Origin: Paraspadella gotoi
Taxonomy: Eukaryota > Animalia > Chaetognatha
Direction of reading: 5' to 3'
DNA: 64,000 bases
NCBI GenBank assembly: GCA_051294375.1
Contig: CM119270.1
Location: 3,013,562-3,077,561, forward strand
Below the pieces are notes generated by a model that ran no database searches, was not told the origin of the DNA, and was given only the letters and a program-made list of their open reading frames with translations. The first letter of the stretch is position 1; each line of letters starts with the position of its first letter. This document shows positions 1 through 13,900 of this stretch, in pieces. Both the position numbers and the translations under genes were made by a program.

Positions 1-99
1 CCTCACCTTTTCGCCGCCAAATCCCAAGTCCGCTTCACTTACCTTTTCTCGATCCAAAATCGGAGAATAACTGTTGAAGGAAGATGAGAGGCAAAATCA

Positions 100-131
<32 letters not shown>

Positions 132-176
132 TCGTCGGTGTCGTCGTATCGTCGTTGTCGTCGTCGTCGTCGTCGC
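100..176. repeat. (GTC)n trinucleotide microsatellite
   Basis: Direct gtcgtcgtc run; similar runs at ~25744, ~50918, ~58375 and ~63170. Confidence 0.95.
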
Positions 177-232
177 GAACGACTTTGGGCAAGTCGAGAA
201 TTAGAAATAAGGAAGACGGACAAAAGGGACAC

Positions 233-233
<1 letters not shown>

Positions 234-326
<93 letters not shown>

Positions 327-414
327 ATGTAAATGTTGAAGCTTGGAAGTTCGTTTTCAACGGTTGCATGTTGCGTTCTCCGAAAAATCGAAAGTCGCTC
401 TGAATGAAAGAAAG

Positions 415-445
<31 letters not shown>

Positions 446-482
446 AAAGAGAAAGAAAGAAAGAAAAGAAAGAAAGAAACGA

Positions 483-512
<30 letters not shown>
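234..512. repeat. (GA)n microsatellite followed by (GAAA)n tract
   Basis: Direct runs. Representative of dozens of (GA/TC)n tracts in the window (e.g. 2052, 3696, 9430-9970, 10310-10600, 22271, 24661, 25483, 63719). Confidence 0.95.
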
Positions 513-518
<6 letters not shown>

Positions 519-610
519 TTTTCATTAGTGTGGAATTTCGGGATTTTTTTTTCTCTCCTCTTATTCTCTGTTTTCGGTTTTCTATCATCCCTTCCCTTTC
601 ATTAACCCCC

Positions 611-667
<57 letters not shown>

Positions 668-1281
668 TTATTGAACTTTTTTACTTTTTCCTCCTTAATT
701 GTCTTCTCTTGCTTCTTCGGTGGCCTGGTCGTCTTCTCTCCTACTTCGCTTGATGTATATTTGCAATACTTAAATAGGCAAAGGAAAACATTACTTTAAA
801 AAAAAGAAATTGTTAAAAGGTCGAGGATTTTTTTCTTTTCGATTCTTAGACTTAGACAAACATCTCGTCTCCGTAAGAGACGAGCATCGACTAGTAACGA
901 TCATAAATTTGACCGATGAACTTGAAATAAAGTCAAACAAAATAAAGTCAAACAACAACAGAAATAATAGAATAAAGCTAATAAAATTTCTAATAAAACC
1001 CGCATACTCTGACCGACTAAAAAGCTTAATATCTTTAACAATCATTCGATGTTTATTTCAAAATCGAATTTTTATTTACTTTCTCCCGACTCCCAGACGC
1101 GAAACGCTCTCCGCGATAAGAATTTCACTTCAAGATTTGTGTTGAGCAAAGAAAAAGTCAAACAAGAAGAGTGAGAGAGAGAGAGAGAGAGACAAGCTTG
1201 TTCGACGTTCACTCCGCCACCAAGCAATCTCCCACCAAGCTTTAGCAACTCGAGAAACCCGTCCACACCCGTCCACACCCC

Positions 1282-1534
1282 GGCTAAGTTTTCCATACGT
1301 GGGATTTGGTTTTTAGAATAGGATAAAAGATTAAAGTTAATAGTGAAGGGATAAGATTCGGGATTCGTGTTAAGGATCGTGCATAAAGTTTAGGGATAAG
1401 GTTAAAATCTGGGATTAGACTGAGGCATTAAGATTAAATATTCAAGAATAAAACCAAAGTTTTAAAATATTTCGTTTAAAATTAAATCGAGGGATTAAGG
1501 AACAGAAATGAGTCGCTATCGGAAAATAGTGGTC
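1282..1534 (-). mobile_element. MITE-like element with degenerate telomere-like (TTAGGG-type) interior
   Basis: End cgctatcggaaaatagtggtc is the near reverse complement of the terminus ggcactattttccgaaagcg at 57611; the interior is rich in tagggataaggtt/gggattaag motifs. Confidence 0.5.
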
Positions 1535-2052
1535 TGACCCTGACCCCGGGGGGGGGACGAGCGATCGTTGACCGACCATTGCGTCGACGTCGACGTCGTT
1601 TCCGGCGGCCGATTAATTTGATTAACCTTTCGGAGGAGAGGGAGACAGAGAGAGAGAGGGAGAAGGGAGGAAGGAGAGAGGGAGAGGGGAAGGAGGAAGA
1701 GGAAGAGGAGGAGGAGACTCAAGTGTTAAAAAGTCAAGCGTGTGCACGATCTCGAGTGTTTGCAAACTCGAAAAGTTTCCTCTCACTAGTCTTTAGTGTC
1801 TATATACGAGTTTTCAGGGTTTAAGTATGGTTCCCCTTCCGTTTCAGTGTGCGTGCCTCCCGAGGGTCTCGGACCTCTGACTATGCGAGACTCTTTAATC
1901 TTTGACGAGATTAATTGTCGGGATCTTAAACTCGATTTCAGCTCCGGGGTCAAATGGAGCGAAAAGAGAGAAAAAACAGGTTTTTGAAATTGAATTTGAA
2001 TGAAAAAAAAAGTTTTGTTAGTCATAAGTGTGTCTTTGGTGGTGTGGTGAGA

Positions 2053-2134
<82 letters not shown>

Positions 2135-2892
2135 TGTTGTTCTTAGTAAATTTTTCATTTCAATTGGCAAAAAAATATTGAACGATCGAAGAAAATTATC
2201 AGTTTCTTGAATTGGCTGAGAAAAATATGAGAGAAGGATAGACAGAGACAGAGAGAGTTAAAAGAGAGTTAGCGAGAGAAAAACAGAGACAGAGACGGGC
2301 CTCTCTCTCTCTCTCCAAGGCGGACGGAAACTGACATAAAAAAACGAAGAATCGGGAAGAGATTTTTATGTTGATCGAATTTGAAATAAGTTTGATTCGT
2401 TTGGGTGGAAGAAGAGAAACAGAGAAAAGTCGTTTGAAAGTCGATCCTTAGGATGGGTCATCCCATTGTGGGGGGAGAGACGATATCGTGGACTTGTGGT
2501 GGCGTGGATCTGTGGTGCTTTGTGGGCCTCGAAATGATCCCGATGTTGGTTGGAGATTTTCAAAAGATCCGTAAATGTCCGGACGAGTTTAGAAAGGATC
2601 AGCGCGATTTAAACGATGAAAGAAAAGACGAATAAAAAAAAGATTTAATTTTTGTTTTAATTTTAATCAACATTTTTATTTCGATGTTTCTCTTTGCCGA
2701 ATTTTGGGGCCTCAAGAAAATGACCTATAAATAGTTTTCTTTTTCTTTTTTGTTGCACACTTTTTGGTCGGTCAGTCTAGTTTTCTATTTATTTGTCTTG
2801 AGTTTAAATGTATGAATGAGATTTGGAAATAATTCAAACCGTTCCCTTGCCTCGTTTTAATCCAAGATCAGATAAGTTCATCAATTAATTAT

Positions 2893-3011
2893 AATACACG
2901 TTGATCTTATGATCTTATGATCTTAAGATCTTATGATCTTATGATCTTATGATCTTATGATCTTATGATCTTTTGATCTTATGATCTTATGATCTTATGA
3001 TACACGTTGAT
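2893..3011. repeat. 8-bp tandem repeat (GATCTTAT)n flanked by direct atacacgttgat
   Basis: About 12 copies visible; the flanking 12-mer is repeated on both sides. Confidence 0.9.
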
Positions 3012-3209
3012 ATTTGTTTTTCTTAAGAAAACGCGCGTTAACCACATCCAACCTGGCGGGTCCGTCTAATTTATCGAAATGTAACGAAAATTAACCAATC
3101 TGAGACTTATGCACTCGAGAAAAACCTGAACCTTGTTACCCCCTACGTCTAGGATTAAGAAATTGTTTTTCATTTTGAATCGCAAACTCCGCACGTTAAT
3201 TAACCTTTG

Positions 3210-3597
3210 CCGATCGCTACCCATCAATGATCGCTACTCATTTTAAAAATTACTGATCGCTACTCATTTTAGCCAATCAATGATCGTTACTCATTTTAGC
3301 CAATCAATGATAGCTACTCATTTTAGCCTATAATGATCTTTTCTCATATCAGAATAATATCTTTTCACTTCAGCCAATCAATGATCTCTCCTCAATTCAG
3401 CCAATCAATGATCTCTCCTCAATTCAGCCAATCAATGATCTCTCCTCAATTCAGCCAATCAATGATCTCTCCTCAATTCAGCCAATCAATGATCTCTCCT
3501 CAATTCAGCCAATCAATGATCTCTCCTCAATTCAGCCAATCAATGAACTCTTCTCACTTCAGCCAATCAATGATCTCTCCTCAATTCAGCCAATCAG
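3210..3597. repeat. 27-bp minisatellite (cagccaatcaatgatctctcctcaatt)n
   Basis: About 9 near-identical copies at 3371-3597 plus diverged copies upstream; each contains CCAAT. Confidence 0.92.
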
Positions 3598-3688
3598 TGC
3601 GTCTGAAATCGACCGAATACCCACTCAGCGCGGTCGCTTCATCTCCCGTTTGGGAGTCAAGACACCGCGCTAATCGAATTGTCATCGG

Positions 3689-3782
<94 letters not shown>

Positions 3783-3915
3783 CACCCCGAAGCGAAAACG
3801 GGATTAACGAAACCGCGTCGCGTTTTAGCGAGAAAAAGAGAAATTTGCTCGAAGCGTGAATTGGTTCGCGTTTAATGAACTCGTGAGTTAGAAAGAAGAT
3901 TTTTCAAAATCTGGA

Positions 3916-3973
<58 letters not shown>

Positions 3974-4228
3974 ATCTTTCTCATCTCCATGACTCCATCA
4001 ACAGCATCAATTTCAGCAGCAAGGAATTAAGCGCGAATAACAGCTGACGCAGGGTTGAATAGTTTTTTTTTTGCAATAGAATCGATCTTTCTCTTCCTCT
4101 CTCTCTCTCTCCTCTCCTGTCTCTCTCAGTCTCTCTCTCTCTCTCTCTCTCTTCGTCTCTCTCTCTCTCTCTCTCTCAAAATGTGTTCCTGAATGTGTTT
4201 TTTCCTTCGTTCCTCCCACTCTATTCCT

Positions 4229-4283
<55 letters not shown>

Positions 4284-4427
4284 CTCTCTCTCTCTCTCTC
4301 CTCTCTATAATGTTTTTTCCTTCGTTCCTCCCACTCTCCATCTTCCTTGTCTATCTTTTCCTTTCTCCTTTCCTTCCTCTCTTCTTTTCCCTCTTTCTTT
4401 TTTCTCCTTTTCTTTTTTTTTCTTTAC

Positions 4428-4795
4428 TCCTTTTATTTCCTTTCCTCCTTTGCTCCTTCTCTTCATCATCACTTCTCCTTCAATGACTTCTTCTCTTCTA
4501 CTCAATTCACTCTCTTTCCTTTTTCCTCCTTTCTTTTCTTTTTCCTTTTCCCTTCCTCCTTTTATTTCCTTTCCTCCTTTGCTCCTTCTCTTCATCATCA
4601 CTTCTCCTTCAATGACTTCTTCTCTTCTACTCAATTCACTCTCTTTCCTTTTTCCTCCTTTCTTTTCTTTTTTCTTTTCCCTTCCTCCTTTTATTTCCTT
4701 TCCTCCTTTGCTCCTTCTCTTCATCATCACTTCTCCTTCAATGACTTCTTCTCTTCTACTCAATTCACTCTCTTTCCTTTCTCCTCCTTTCTTTC
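4428..4795. repeat. ~129-bp pyrimidine-rich tandem repeat, 3 copies
   Basis: Block ...tttcctcctttgctccttctcttcatcatcacttctccttcaatgacttc... is repeated three times. Confidence 0.9.
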
Positions 4796-5319
4796 CTCTC
4801 CACCCTCCCTCTCTCTTCCCTCCCTCTCTTCCACTTCCTCCCCAATGAGTCCTTGGCGTTAAAACCCTTGTCCTCTTCCTCCTCCTCCTCCTCCTCCTCC
4901 CCCTCCTCCTCCTCACCATTGAGAACCATAAAATTCGAATTCGCGGCTTCTTCTCTGGCAAGGTAGGAGGAGAGAGAGTAAAGAGAGGAAATAGATAGGA
5001 AAGAGAGGAAATAGATAGGAAAGAGAGGAAATACAGCTAAGGCAATCGACACAAAAAATCGGCCCAATAAAAATGAACGTTTTCGGTTTGTTTATAAATA
5101 AAAACCATTGATCTTGAATTTATGCTTCACAGTGAGACACTAGTGAAAATCTAAGATTTTAAGAGAAACAAGGATAACGAAAAAATACTGAAAAAAATTA
5201 TAACTCGGCTGTGGAAAGTATTTATAACGAAAAAAAGGAGAAAAAAAAAGAATGCTCAAAATTGCTCATTTTTTATTAGAGGAGAGAGATGTACATCGGA
5301 TGTTAATGATGATTTAGCT

Positions 5320-5501
5320 CTAAAAATCCTTAACCCTCATTTATTAACAAACCCATAATGTGCAATGTACAATCCCTAGCCAAATATCCAACCCAAATCA
5401 GAAACCTTTGTAATTAATCGCTAACCTCATACTTATCCCTGACTTTAACCTAACCACTTCAGAATTTGAGCAGAAATGCGGCGCTTTCGATAAATATGGC
5501 C
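5320..5501 (+). mobile_element. MITE-like fragment with CCCTAA-like interior (same family as 57611-57835)
   Basis: ccttaaccc/ccctagcc/aacctaacc motifs ending in ggcgctttcgataaatatggcc, which resembles the family TIR. Confidence 0.4.
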
Positions 5502-7914
5502 GATTATTGCGAATATCATCGTACGACGCTCACTGTTTTGTGTTTACGGTACAGTGAGGAAAAGAATTAGTATCCCATCGAAAAAAAACTGTAAACCCTC
5601 TTGAGGTCGAGAGAGTAAAGGTGCTTCCTAATTCAAACCAATGCATATCGCACAGTGTGCAATGCACACTCCTGCAATACACACTACTGCAATGTTTTTT
5701 TTTCGACGGGACGAAACTGCGGGGGAAAGACGAGGTTAAAGTATCCCTTAATGATTCGCCTATGAATTGCAGATGCAAAGGAGGTGCAAGGGGGCGATTC
5801 GGTCTGGCAGGTGCAACGCCGATGGTTCGCGAGTGCTGGGAAAGTTCCGGGGAGGTGTCCGTGATGTGCTTGGGAGGTGCCGAGGTTGCGTCGCAGGTGC
5901 AGAAGGGCGAATGTTGCTTCGCGAAAAAGAAACTTCGTTGATTCAGTCGCGTTTTTTTTTCTTCAAGGTCTCGAGTTTCGAATTTCGTGTCTAAACTTTG
6001 GAAATGAAAACCGAATTTTCATTCGCCGACGTCAGGTGAGAATAAAAATTAATCGAAACTTAATTGAAATTCCGTCATGTGGAAAATAATTTAATCTTTT
6101 TATTTGGTACTATGTATACTAAATGTATATCATGTTTAAATGAATTCTCTTAAGGGATGTGATGTGATTTTTTTTAATTCGTAATCGATCACAAGAAAGC
6201 TATTTTAATTTATTTAGCTGTCGGCAAAATCTGTTATTTTTATTAACAATATGCATTGTACAATTTTCTTTTTGTCTCAACGAAATGGAGAGTGCTTCTC
6301 TCCGGGCACCGATTACGACTTTGAGCAGTTCGCAAGTGGAGGCCCCAAACTAGTACAGCATCGGCAAAAGGCCAAAAACCAAATCTTATTATTCGTTCTC
6401 TCTCTCTCTCTCTCTCACTCTCTCTCTCCTCTCGTCTCTGCTCTTGTCCTCTCTCCTCCTCTCTCTCTCTCCTCTCTCTTTCGATCTCCTTTGATTCCAT
6501 TTTCTCCCTCCTCACCCGTTTAATTTTTTTTTCCCTTTTTCTTCCCTCTAATCTTTTTTATTTCCTTTTTTTTCCTAATTTCTTTTTCTTTCTTTTTTTC
6601 TTTTTTCTTTCCTTTACTGTTTTTTATTTCCTTTTCCTTTTTTTCTTTTTATTTTCTCTAATCTATTTTTTTATTCCTTTTCTTTTCTCTAATCTTTTTT
6701 TATTTTTTTTATTTTTCCTTCCTCTAATCTCTTTTTCTTTCCTTTTCCTTTTTTTTCTTCTTTCTTCTTATCTCTTTTTGTTTCCCTTATTTTTTTTTTC
6801 CTCTTAAGTTTTTTATTTCCTTTTTTTCACTTTTTCTTTCCTTTAATCTCTTTTTAATTTATTTTTTTCTTTCCTCTAATCCCTTTTCATTTCCTTTTTG
6901 TCCTCTGTTTTTACTTTTTCTCCTTTCCTTTTCAACTCTCCTTTTTTTCACTTTTCCCGGTGGCTTTTTTTCAGTCTTTATTCCTCACCCTTATCCTCAC
7001 CTTTCCTTCACCTTGCTTCCATTTCTCTCCCTCTCTTCTCCTCCATTCGATTCTTCTTTCCTCCTCCTCCTCCTCCTCCTCCTCCTCCTCCTCCTCCCCC
7101 TCCTCCTCTCTTCATCGGATACGAAAAGAGACTCGATATCTTAAGACCGACTCGTTTCTCAAGTTGAACCACAAAAGCTAAGACCCAATGTTGGCCACTG
7201 AGAGAAGTGGGAGGAGTGGCCATTAAAATAGATTTGGCCAAAAAAAAAAAAAAAAAACTGAAAGAAAGGAGTGGCCAATGAAAGAGGATTGGTTTGAGAT
7301 GAAAAAGCAACAAGTGGTCTTTGAAAAAGTATTGGTCAAAAGAAAAATGGAAAGGCCAATATAACAGTAAAGGCCAAAATATGGAAAGTAAGGAATGGCC
7401 TTTGACCAAGAAATGGCCAAAAAAACTTGAGTGGCCGCAAATTGAGGACCCAATTCACTCACCGTGATCAAATCGACCTCAGAGCGTTTAATGGTTTTCT
7501 ACGTATAACCGCATAGTACAATGAGATCTTAATACCATTAACCATTAACCGTTAACCATTAACCATCAACCGTTAACCATTAACCATTCCTATCCCGGTA
7601 CCCAATCAAGTTTTCTCGAAAATGAATGAGATCACAAAAAGTGGAAGGAAACTCAAAATAAATGTAACCACAGCTAAACAACCACTGCGTAGCCACAACC
7701 CCCCACTACGTACAGTTACAACCAATTCTGCAAGGTCACAACTACCACTACGCGGTTGCAACCACTACACCCCTGCAACCACCACACCCCTGCAACCACC
7801 ACACCCCTGCAACCACCACACCACAGCCACCAAACGACTTCTTAACCGCGGAACCGAATAATCTCGTCTGGGGACAAAGAAGATCCTTTATTCGGTCTTA
7901 GGATTTAAAGAAAG

Positions 7915-8211
7915 AGGACGACGACGACGATGACGACGACGACAATGATGATGATGACGACGATAAATACGACGACAATGATGACGATGATGATGATGAT
8001 GATGACGACGATGACGATTAAGATGACAACGACAATGAAGACGACGACAATGATGACGATGATGACAATGACAACGACAATGAAGATGACAACGACAATG
8101 ATGATGATGACAACGATAAAGATCACGATGATGATGACGATGATTATGATGAAGACATTAACGATGACGACGACAATGATGATGATGACGATGATGACGA
8201 TGATGACGACT
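7915..8211. repeat. compound (GAT/GAC/AAT)n trinucleotide microsatellite
   Basis: Direct run; produces the Met/Thr-rich pseudo-ORF. Confidence 0.95.
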
Positions 8212-8911
8212 CCGAATTCGACGTCGATGTCACGGAATTATTCAATTGGTAAATGCTTATGCAGGATTCTTGCAATATAAATAGTGAAATGTATGCATAT
8301 CAAGAGTCTAAATTAAACGCCAGCGGACGTCGACAACATCCTCTTCCGGTCGGTGGGTGAAAATGAAATTCACATCGGTCTGTCCAGTCTGTCACCTGGA
8401 CTTCACAACATCGGGTTTCGTGAAAGAGAAGGTTTTCGAAGAGAGTTCTGGAGAAAAGTTCTGGAGAAAAGTTCTGGAGAAAAGTTCCGCAACGAGATTC
8501 AGGGAAGGGTATCCGTTGAAAGACCCCCCCCCCCCCAAAGATTCCGAAAGGGTATCCGTTGAAAGAGCCCCCCCCCCCCAAAGTATAATGTTGATTTAAT
8601 TTTTCCATTTAATCAAAACTTGATCCATTTTAATTCACGTTTTTTTTCCTTTAAGCAGCACAATTTTTTTGTCACATTTCCTTCGCCGAAAGTATTTTTT
8701 CATCTTTCCTTTGCTTTTTGAATCCATGGAATCATTTTCATCCTTTAAAAACCGGAAATCCAATCACTGCACAATCACTCGCTCCACCTGGTATCGAATT
8801 CGCTCTTCAGTTCCCAAATCAGTCACGTTTGTTTCAATAGAAAACTCGTTACAAATCCGAGAATTCAATCAGTTCCGCCCCCACTAAAAAGAACCAAATC
8901 CGGGGCCCTGA

Positions 8912-9095
8912 GTGAAAGGCTTCCCCGGATGTCGAACTTGAGAGGCGTCCCCGGATGATCAACGTAAGAGGCGTCCCCGGATGTCCAACGTGAGAGGCGT
9001 CCCCGGGTGTCCAAAGTGAAAGGCGTCCCCGGATGTCCGACGTGAAAGGCGTCCCCGGATGTTCGACGTGAAAAGCGTCCCCCGGATGTCCGACG
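8912..9095. repeat. ~26-bp GC-rich minisatellite (gtgaaaggcgtccccggatgtccgac)n
   Basis: About 7 head-to-tail copies, no spacers. Confidence 0.9.
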
Positions 9096-9466
9096 ACTAA
9101 TTGCCGAAAGAGTCTGACCCGAGAAAGAAATCGGGCGACCTTACCTCCCTGTCGCTCACCAAGTCGCCTGCTGCTCTGTCCGGTCGAAGGAGGTCGAACT
9201 CACCTCGGCCGGGTAAGTGGGAGAGGGGTAAGTAAGTGCGACTCCTTGCGACGCATCGTGAGGAAGGAAAACCGCGAAATTGGTGGCTTCAGTTTTAGAG
9301 TTGCTGCAGCGTCGAACTTACCCTCCCGTCGCTATTTTTTTATTTGTGCCTTTGTTCGAATTTAAACGGACTTTGTCCTTCTACTGAGAAATACTGCAAA
9401 TCGCCGAAGTTCACCGAAGATGGAACAATTCTCTCTCTCTCTCTCTCTCTTCTCCCTCTCTCTCTC

Positions 9467-9507
<41 letters not shown>

Positions 9508-9572
9508 AGTCGGCGCGCGCGTGACATCCGGTTTGACACGCCCTCTTCCGCTCGCGCGCGTTTTTCCCTTCG

Positions 9573-9658
<86 letters not shown>

Positions 9659-9820
9659 AACTCTGGATTGCAGTCTAATTCGGGCCGCACCCCATTCCCC
9701 CCCCACCTTTTCCTCCGCGGATAACGATTAAAAAAAATCAAATTAAGGCAGGGATTGGATTTATCAAAAGCTTTTGGGGTGAGTGAGAGAGAAGAGAAGA
9801 GAGAGAGAGAGAGAGAGGAG

Positions 9821-9857
<37 letters not shown>

Positions 9858-9907
9858 CAGAGGAGAGAGACAGAGAGAAGAGAGAGAGAGAAGGAGAGAG
9901 AGAGAGA

Positions 9908-9951
<44 letters not shown>

Positions 9952-10497
9952 AGAGAACGAGAGACAGAAGAGAGGATGACAAAAATGACAAATAGATAAG
10001 AAAAATTTAACGAATGATGTCTAATTACAATTTAATTACAATTAATATTTCTTTCGCCTCACAACATCACCAACCTCAATTTTCGTGTCCGTGACATTAA
10101 ATTCAAGGTGATCCTGATTCGAAAAGAAGCAGATTCACAATTCGTCTCACATTTCACCGGACAATCGATCTTCAATCACAGTTTGCTCTCAATTTATTCT
10201 TCTTCTTTTCGTTTTGATCGACTGATTGATTTTTTTCTCAAGAAATAAAAAAAAACTGGTTTTTGAAGTTTGAGAGATTTTTTGGATGGGTTAATCCTGA
10301 AAACGGGGATGAGAGAGAGAGAGAGAGAGAGAGAAGAGAGACGAGAGAGAGAGAGAGAGAGAGAGATAGAGAGAGAGAAGAGAGAGAGAGAGAGCGAGAG
10401 AGGAGAGAGAACCAAATGTCAACGGAGATAAAAATCAAAATGCTGTGGAGCAAGTGATTCTGCGTCTTTCTCTTTTTCTATCTCTCTTTCTCTTGAC

Positions 10498-10528
<31 letters not shown>

Positions 10529-10530
10529 GT

Positions 10531-10608
<78 letters not shown>

Positions 10609-11444
10609 CCTTCCTGAGCTCTCTGCCTCTCCGTTCTCTGTCATTCTTCCTCCAATCCCTAAACTTTCAACTTTCCTCTCTCCTCCTCCTCCTTCCTCCT
10701 CCCCTCCTCTCCTCCTCCTCCTCCCTCACCCTCTTGACCACCCAATGACCAAAAGAGAACGCGTTAAAAGAAAAGGAGGAGAGAGAGGGAGTGACACATC
10801 GTGAGACAGCAAGAGAGAGAGAGAGAGAGAGATGGTACGAAAAAAATAAATAAATAAATAGAAAGATTGAGAGCGAGAGGAAAAGAGCAAAGGCTCTCCT
10901 ACAGATTCTGTGCCAGAGAAAGACTTAATGTCCTGACTGGAGTCACAACCGCGTCTCCTCCTCCTCTTCCTCCTCCTCCTCCTCCTCTTCCTCCAACTCT
11001 CCACTTCCTTCTTTCGCCGACATTTTCTCCTCCTCCTAAAACGATGATAAAACTGATCAAGAAGATTTACTTATTTTTTTAAATGTTTTGAAAAGTTTTT
11101 TTTTATCAAAACATTTATGAATTCATATTGTTTTAAATTGTTTTAATGTTATCATTTTTTTTTCAACTTTATTTTTAAACTAAAAAAGATAAAATAATAT
11201 CGAAAATTATAAAATTATACTGAAGGGATGATTTTTATATTGGTTCTACCAATTTCATAAAATAATATCAATGAATATTCAAAAACCGTTCACTATACCT
11301 TCCTCCTCCGAAGTTCCTCACTTTGGTCCTCCCGCGTTTCGGCCGGAACAAAAAAAAAAGACTAAAAAAAAAGAAAAAGTCGATATTTTTGTGGAGAAGA
11401 AAAATGTATATCAGTCGGTGGAGGATCTCTTTGGAAGAAAATGA

Positions 11445-12044
11445 GAAAAAGAGAGTGTCAATGATGAAAAGAGAATGTCAATGATGAAAAGAGAGTGTCA
11501 ATGATAAAAAGAGAGTGTCAATTATAAAAAGAGAGTGTCAATTATAAAAAGAGAGTGTCAATAATGAAAAGAGAGGGTCAATGATAAAAAGAGAGTGTCA
11601 ATGAAAAAAAGAGAGTGTCAATGATGAAAAGAGAATGTCAATGATGAAAAGAGAGCATCACTGAGGGTTATAATGAAGAAAAGAAAGTGTCAATGATGAA
11701 AAGAGAGGGTCAATGATAAAAAGAGAGCGTCAATTATAAAAAGAGAGTGTCAATGATGAAATGAGAGGGTCAATGATAAAAAGAGAGCGTCAATTATAAA
11801 AAGAGAGACAATGATTAAAAGAGAAAGTCAATGTTGAAAAGAGAGCATCACTGATAAAAGTAGAACGAGGGTTATAATGAAGAAAAGAAAGTGTCATTGA
11901 TGAAAAGAGACATTTCAGGATAAAAATAGAGGGTCAATGACAAAGAGACAGGGTCAGTGATAAAAAAGAGGGTAAATGATAAAATGAGAGGGTTAACGAT
12001 ATAAAGAGAGTGTCAATGATAAAAAAAAGAGTCAATGATGAAAA
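11445..12044. repeat. 20-bp minisatellite (gtcaatgatgaaaagagagt)n
   Basis: More than 20 copies, degenerating toward the 3' end. Confidence 0.93.
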
Positions 12045-12393
12045 CTTTTACTAAAGACCAGTGGACTCATTACTTTTTAATGATAATTAAGTTTTACGAT
12101 CTCATTTTTATTTTTTTCGTGTGTTTAACTGAGACTTAAATACAGATTTAATGTTTTACCCAAATTCTTGTACATATATTGGAGCTGGTTAACCGTTCAT
12201 TCATTTAAACAAATATTCTAACAAAATTTCGACAGCATTTTTTTTTTTCAAAGTACAGATAAAACTTAGATAAATCTCAAGACTTTTCCTACTTTTTTCG
12301 TTTCTTTTGTTAAAATATTTGTCAAAACTAAATACAGCGTAATTGGTTTCTGTAGCACATAAGCGAGAAAAACATTTTAAAGATAATTCCTAG

Positions 12394-12408
12394 ATTATTA
12401 TTATTATA

Positions 12409-12476
<68 letters not shown>

Positions 12477-12478
12477 CA

Positions 12479-12513
<35 letters not shown>

Positions 12514-12540
12514 GTTATTATTATCATTATTATTATTATT
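12394..12540. repeat. (ATT)n microsatellite
   Basis: Direct run. Confidence 0.95.
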
Positions 12541-12654
12541 CCTCGATTATTTTACCAAAAGATGAAAAATTGATTTAAATATTTGTCTACAAAGTTTCGA
12601 GGAGTAAAAACGTGTAAAAAAATTAGAAATTAAATTAAATCAAATTAAATTGAG

Positions 12655-12830
12655 TAGTATGGTGGACTAAAATCCAAAGGTCCGGGGTTCTAGCCCGGAC
12701 TAGCAGTTAAGAGGGACGGGACGCTTAACCCGCCTGTAACACGGTGTTACAGCCTGATCCGAAACTCAGGAACTGCTTATATTGAACGGTTCTGTCAGTA
12801 ACACATAACAATAATTACTGTCTCTTCAAT
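12655..12830 (+). mobile_element. short interspersed repeat, copy 1 (carries twister-like ribozyme motif)
   Basis: Near-identical inverted copy at 17938-18134 and a 5' fragment at 26185. All three begin tatggtg(g/a)actaaaatcca. Confidence 0.8.
12702..12777 (+). ncRNA. twister-like self-cleaving ribozyme candidate (P5-permuted), degenerate copy
   Basis: AGCAGUU..GAGG-GACGG-GACGCU-UAA-CCC-GC-P3(CUGUAACA/UGUUACAG)-P4(CCUGA/UCAGG) with L4 UCCGAAAC. The T2 pseudoknot GC is mutated to AC in this copy. Confidence 0.45.
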
Positions 12831-13215
12831 ACGTTCAATAATAGTTTTGATATATTTAATTAAAGCTATATTTCTGAAGTGCACCAAAGGGGGACATCCC
12901 AAAAATAAAATTCTTTCGTGTTCCCTTTTTTATCTTTCTCTCTCCTCTTCTCTCTCTCTCTCTTCTCTCTCTCTCCTCTCTCTCCTCTCTATGTCTCAGA
13001 AAATCAAATTATTCTGTTCCAGTCGAGGAAGTTTGAAACGGCTCTCTCTCTCTCTGTCTCTCTCTCTCTGTCTTTCTCCGCTCTCTCTCTCTCGAATCTT
13101 TTCTCAACTCGTCAATTCTAATCCCTGGCGAAAACCAGAATTTTCGGGCTTTTTTGAATAAACTTTTTGGGCTGGAGAAAAGAAAGAAGAGAGGAGGAGG
13201 AGAGATGAGGAGAGA

Positions 13216-13254
<39 letters not shown>

Positions 13255-13900
13255 CGAGAGAGAGAGAGAGAGACAGAGGTGCTAGAAAAATAGAACCGGT
13301 TTCATCGCAAACTCTTTTTTTTTTTTCCTTTTTACCGAAATTTTTTTTTCTTTCTTATCTTCTTTATTTTTGCGTCTTTTCAGGATTTCAAGCGTTTAAG
13401 TCTATCGATCGAGGGACCGAAAGGAAAAGTAGAGGGTGACACGAATTGTCACGTTTTGCCACGGTTTGACGAAGCTGACACGTCGAGGTTTAAGGATTTC
13501 CAAAAAATAAAGAGAGAAGAGAGTGTTTTTGTGTTGAAGGTGAATCTTGTTTGAACTTTGAGAATAAATCAATCATGTACTTAGGAAAGAGGTAAGTTTC
13601 AATGTTAAGAAATTGGTTCAACCAACATATAATATACAATAGACCTCCCCNNNNNNNNNNGGGGAACTCTAATATACAATTATACATACAATACTTAAGG
13701 GAGTGGTCTTTTCATACAATTGAAACATTCTTTGAAATATTATACCACTTCATTGATAGGGAAGCCAGGTTCACTGGGAGTGAATAAACAAAACTGTGAG
13801 AGAGTCTTTATTGAAAACTTGAAGAAACCTGCTATGTTATTATCTTGTAAGTGTGATGGAGGCCTTAAACCACCAAAGCCTGTCCAAAGTCAGGGACATG

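Noticed and set aside
8912-9095. CRISPR-like 26-bp repeat array
   Set aside because: Head-to-tail with no unique spacers, eukaryotic context and no cas genes.
35-11082. Many ORFs of poly-RE, poly-SL, poly-M/T or poly-P
   Set aside because: They are translations of microsatellites and minisatellites with no domain signal.
12663-12700. tRNA-like anticodon and T arm (tggactaaaatcca-aaggtc-cggggttctagcccgg)
   Set aside because: No acceptor stem or D arm, and the segment is absent from the other two copies. At most a tRNA-derived fragment.
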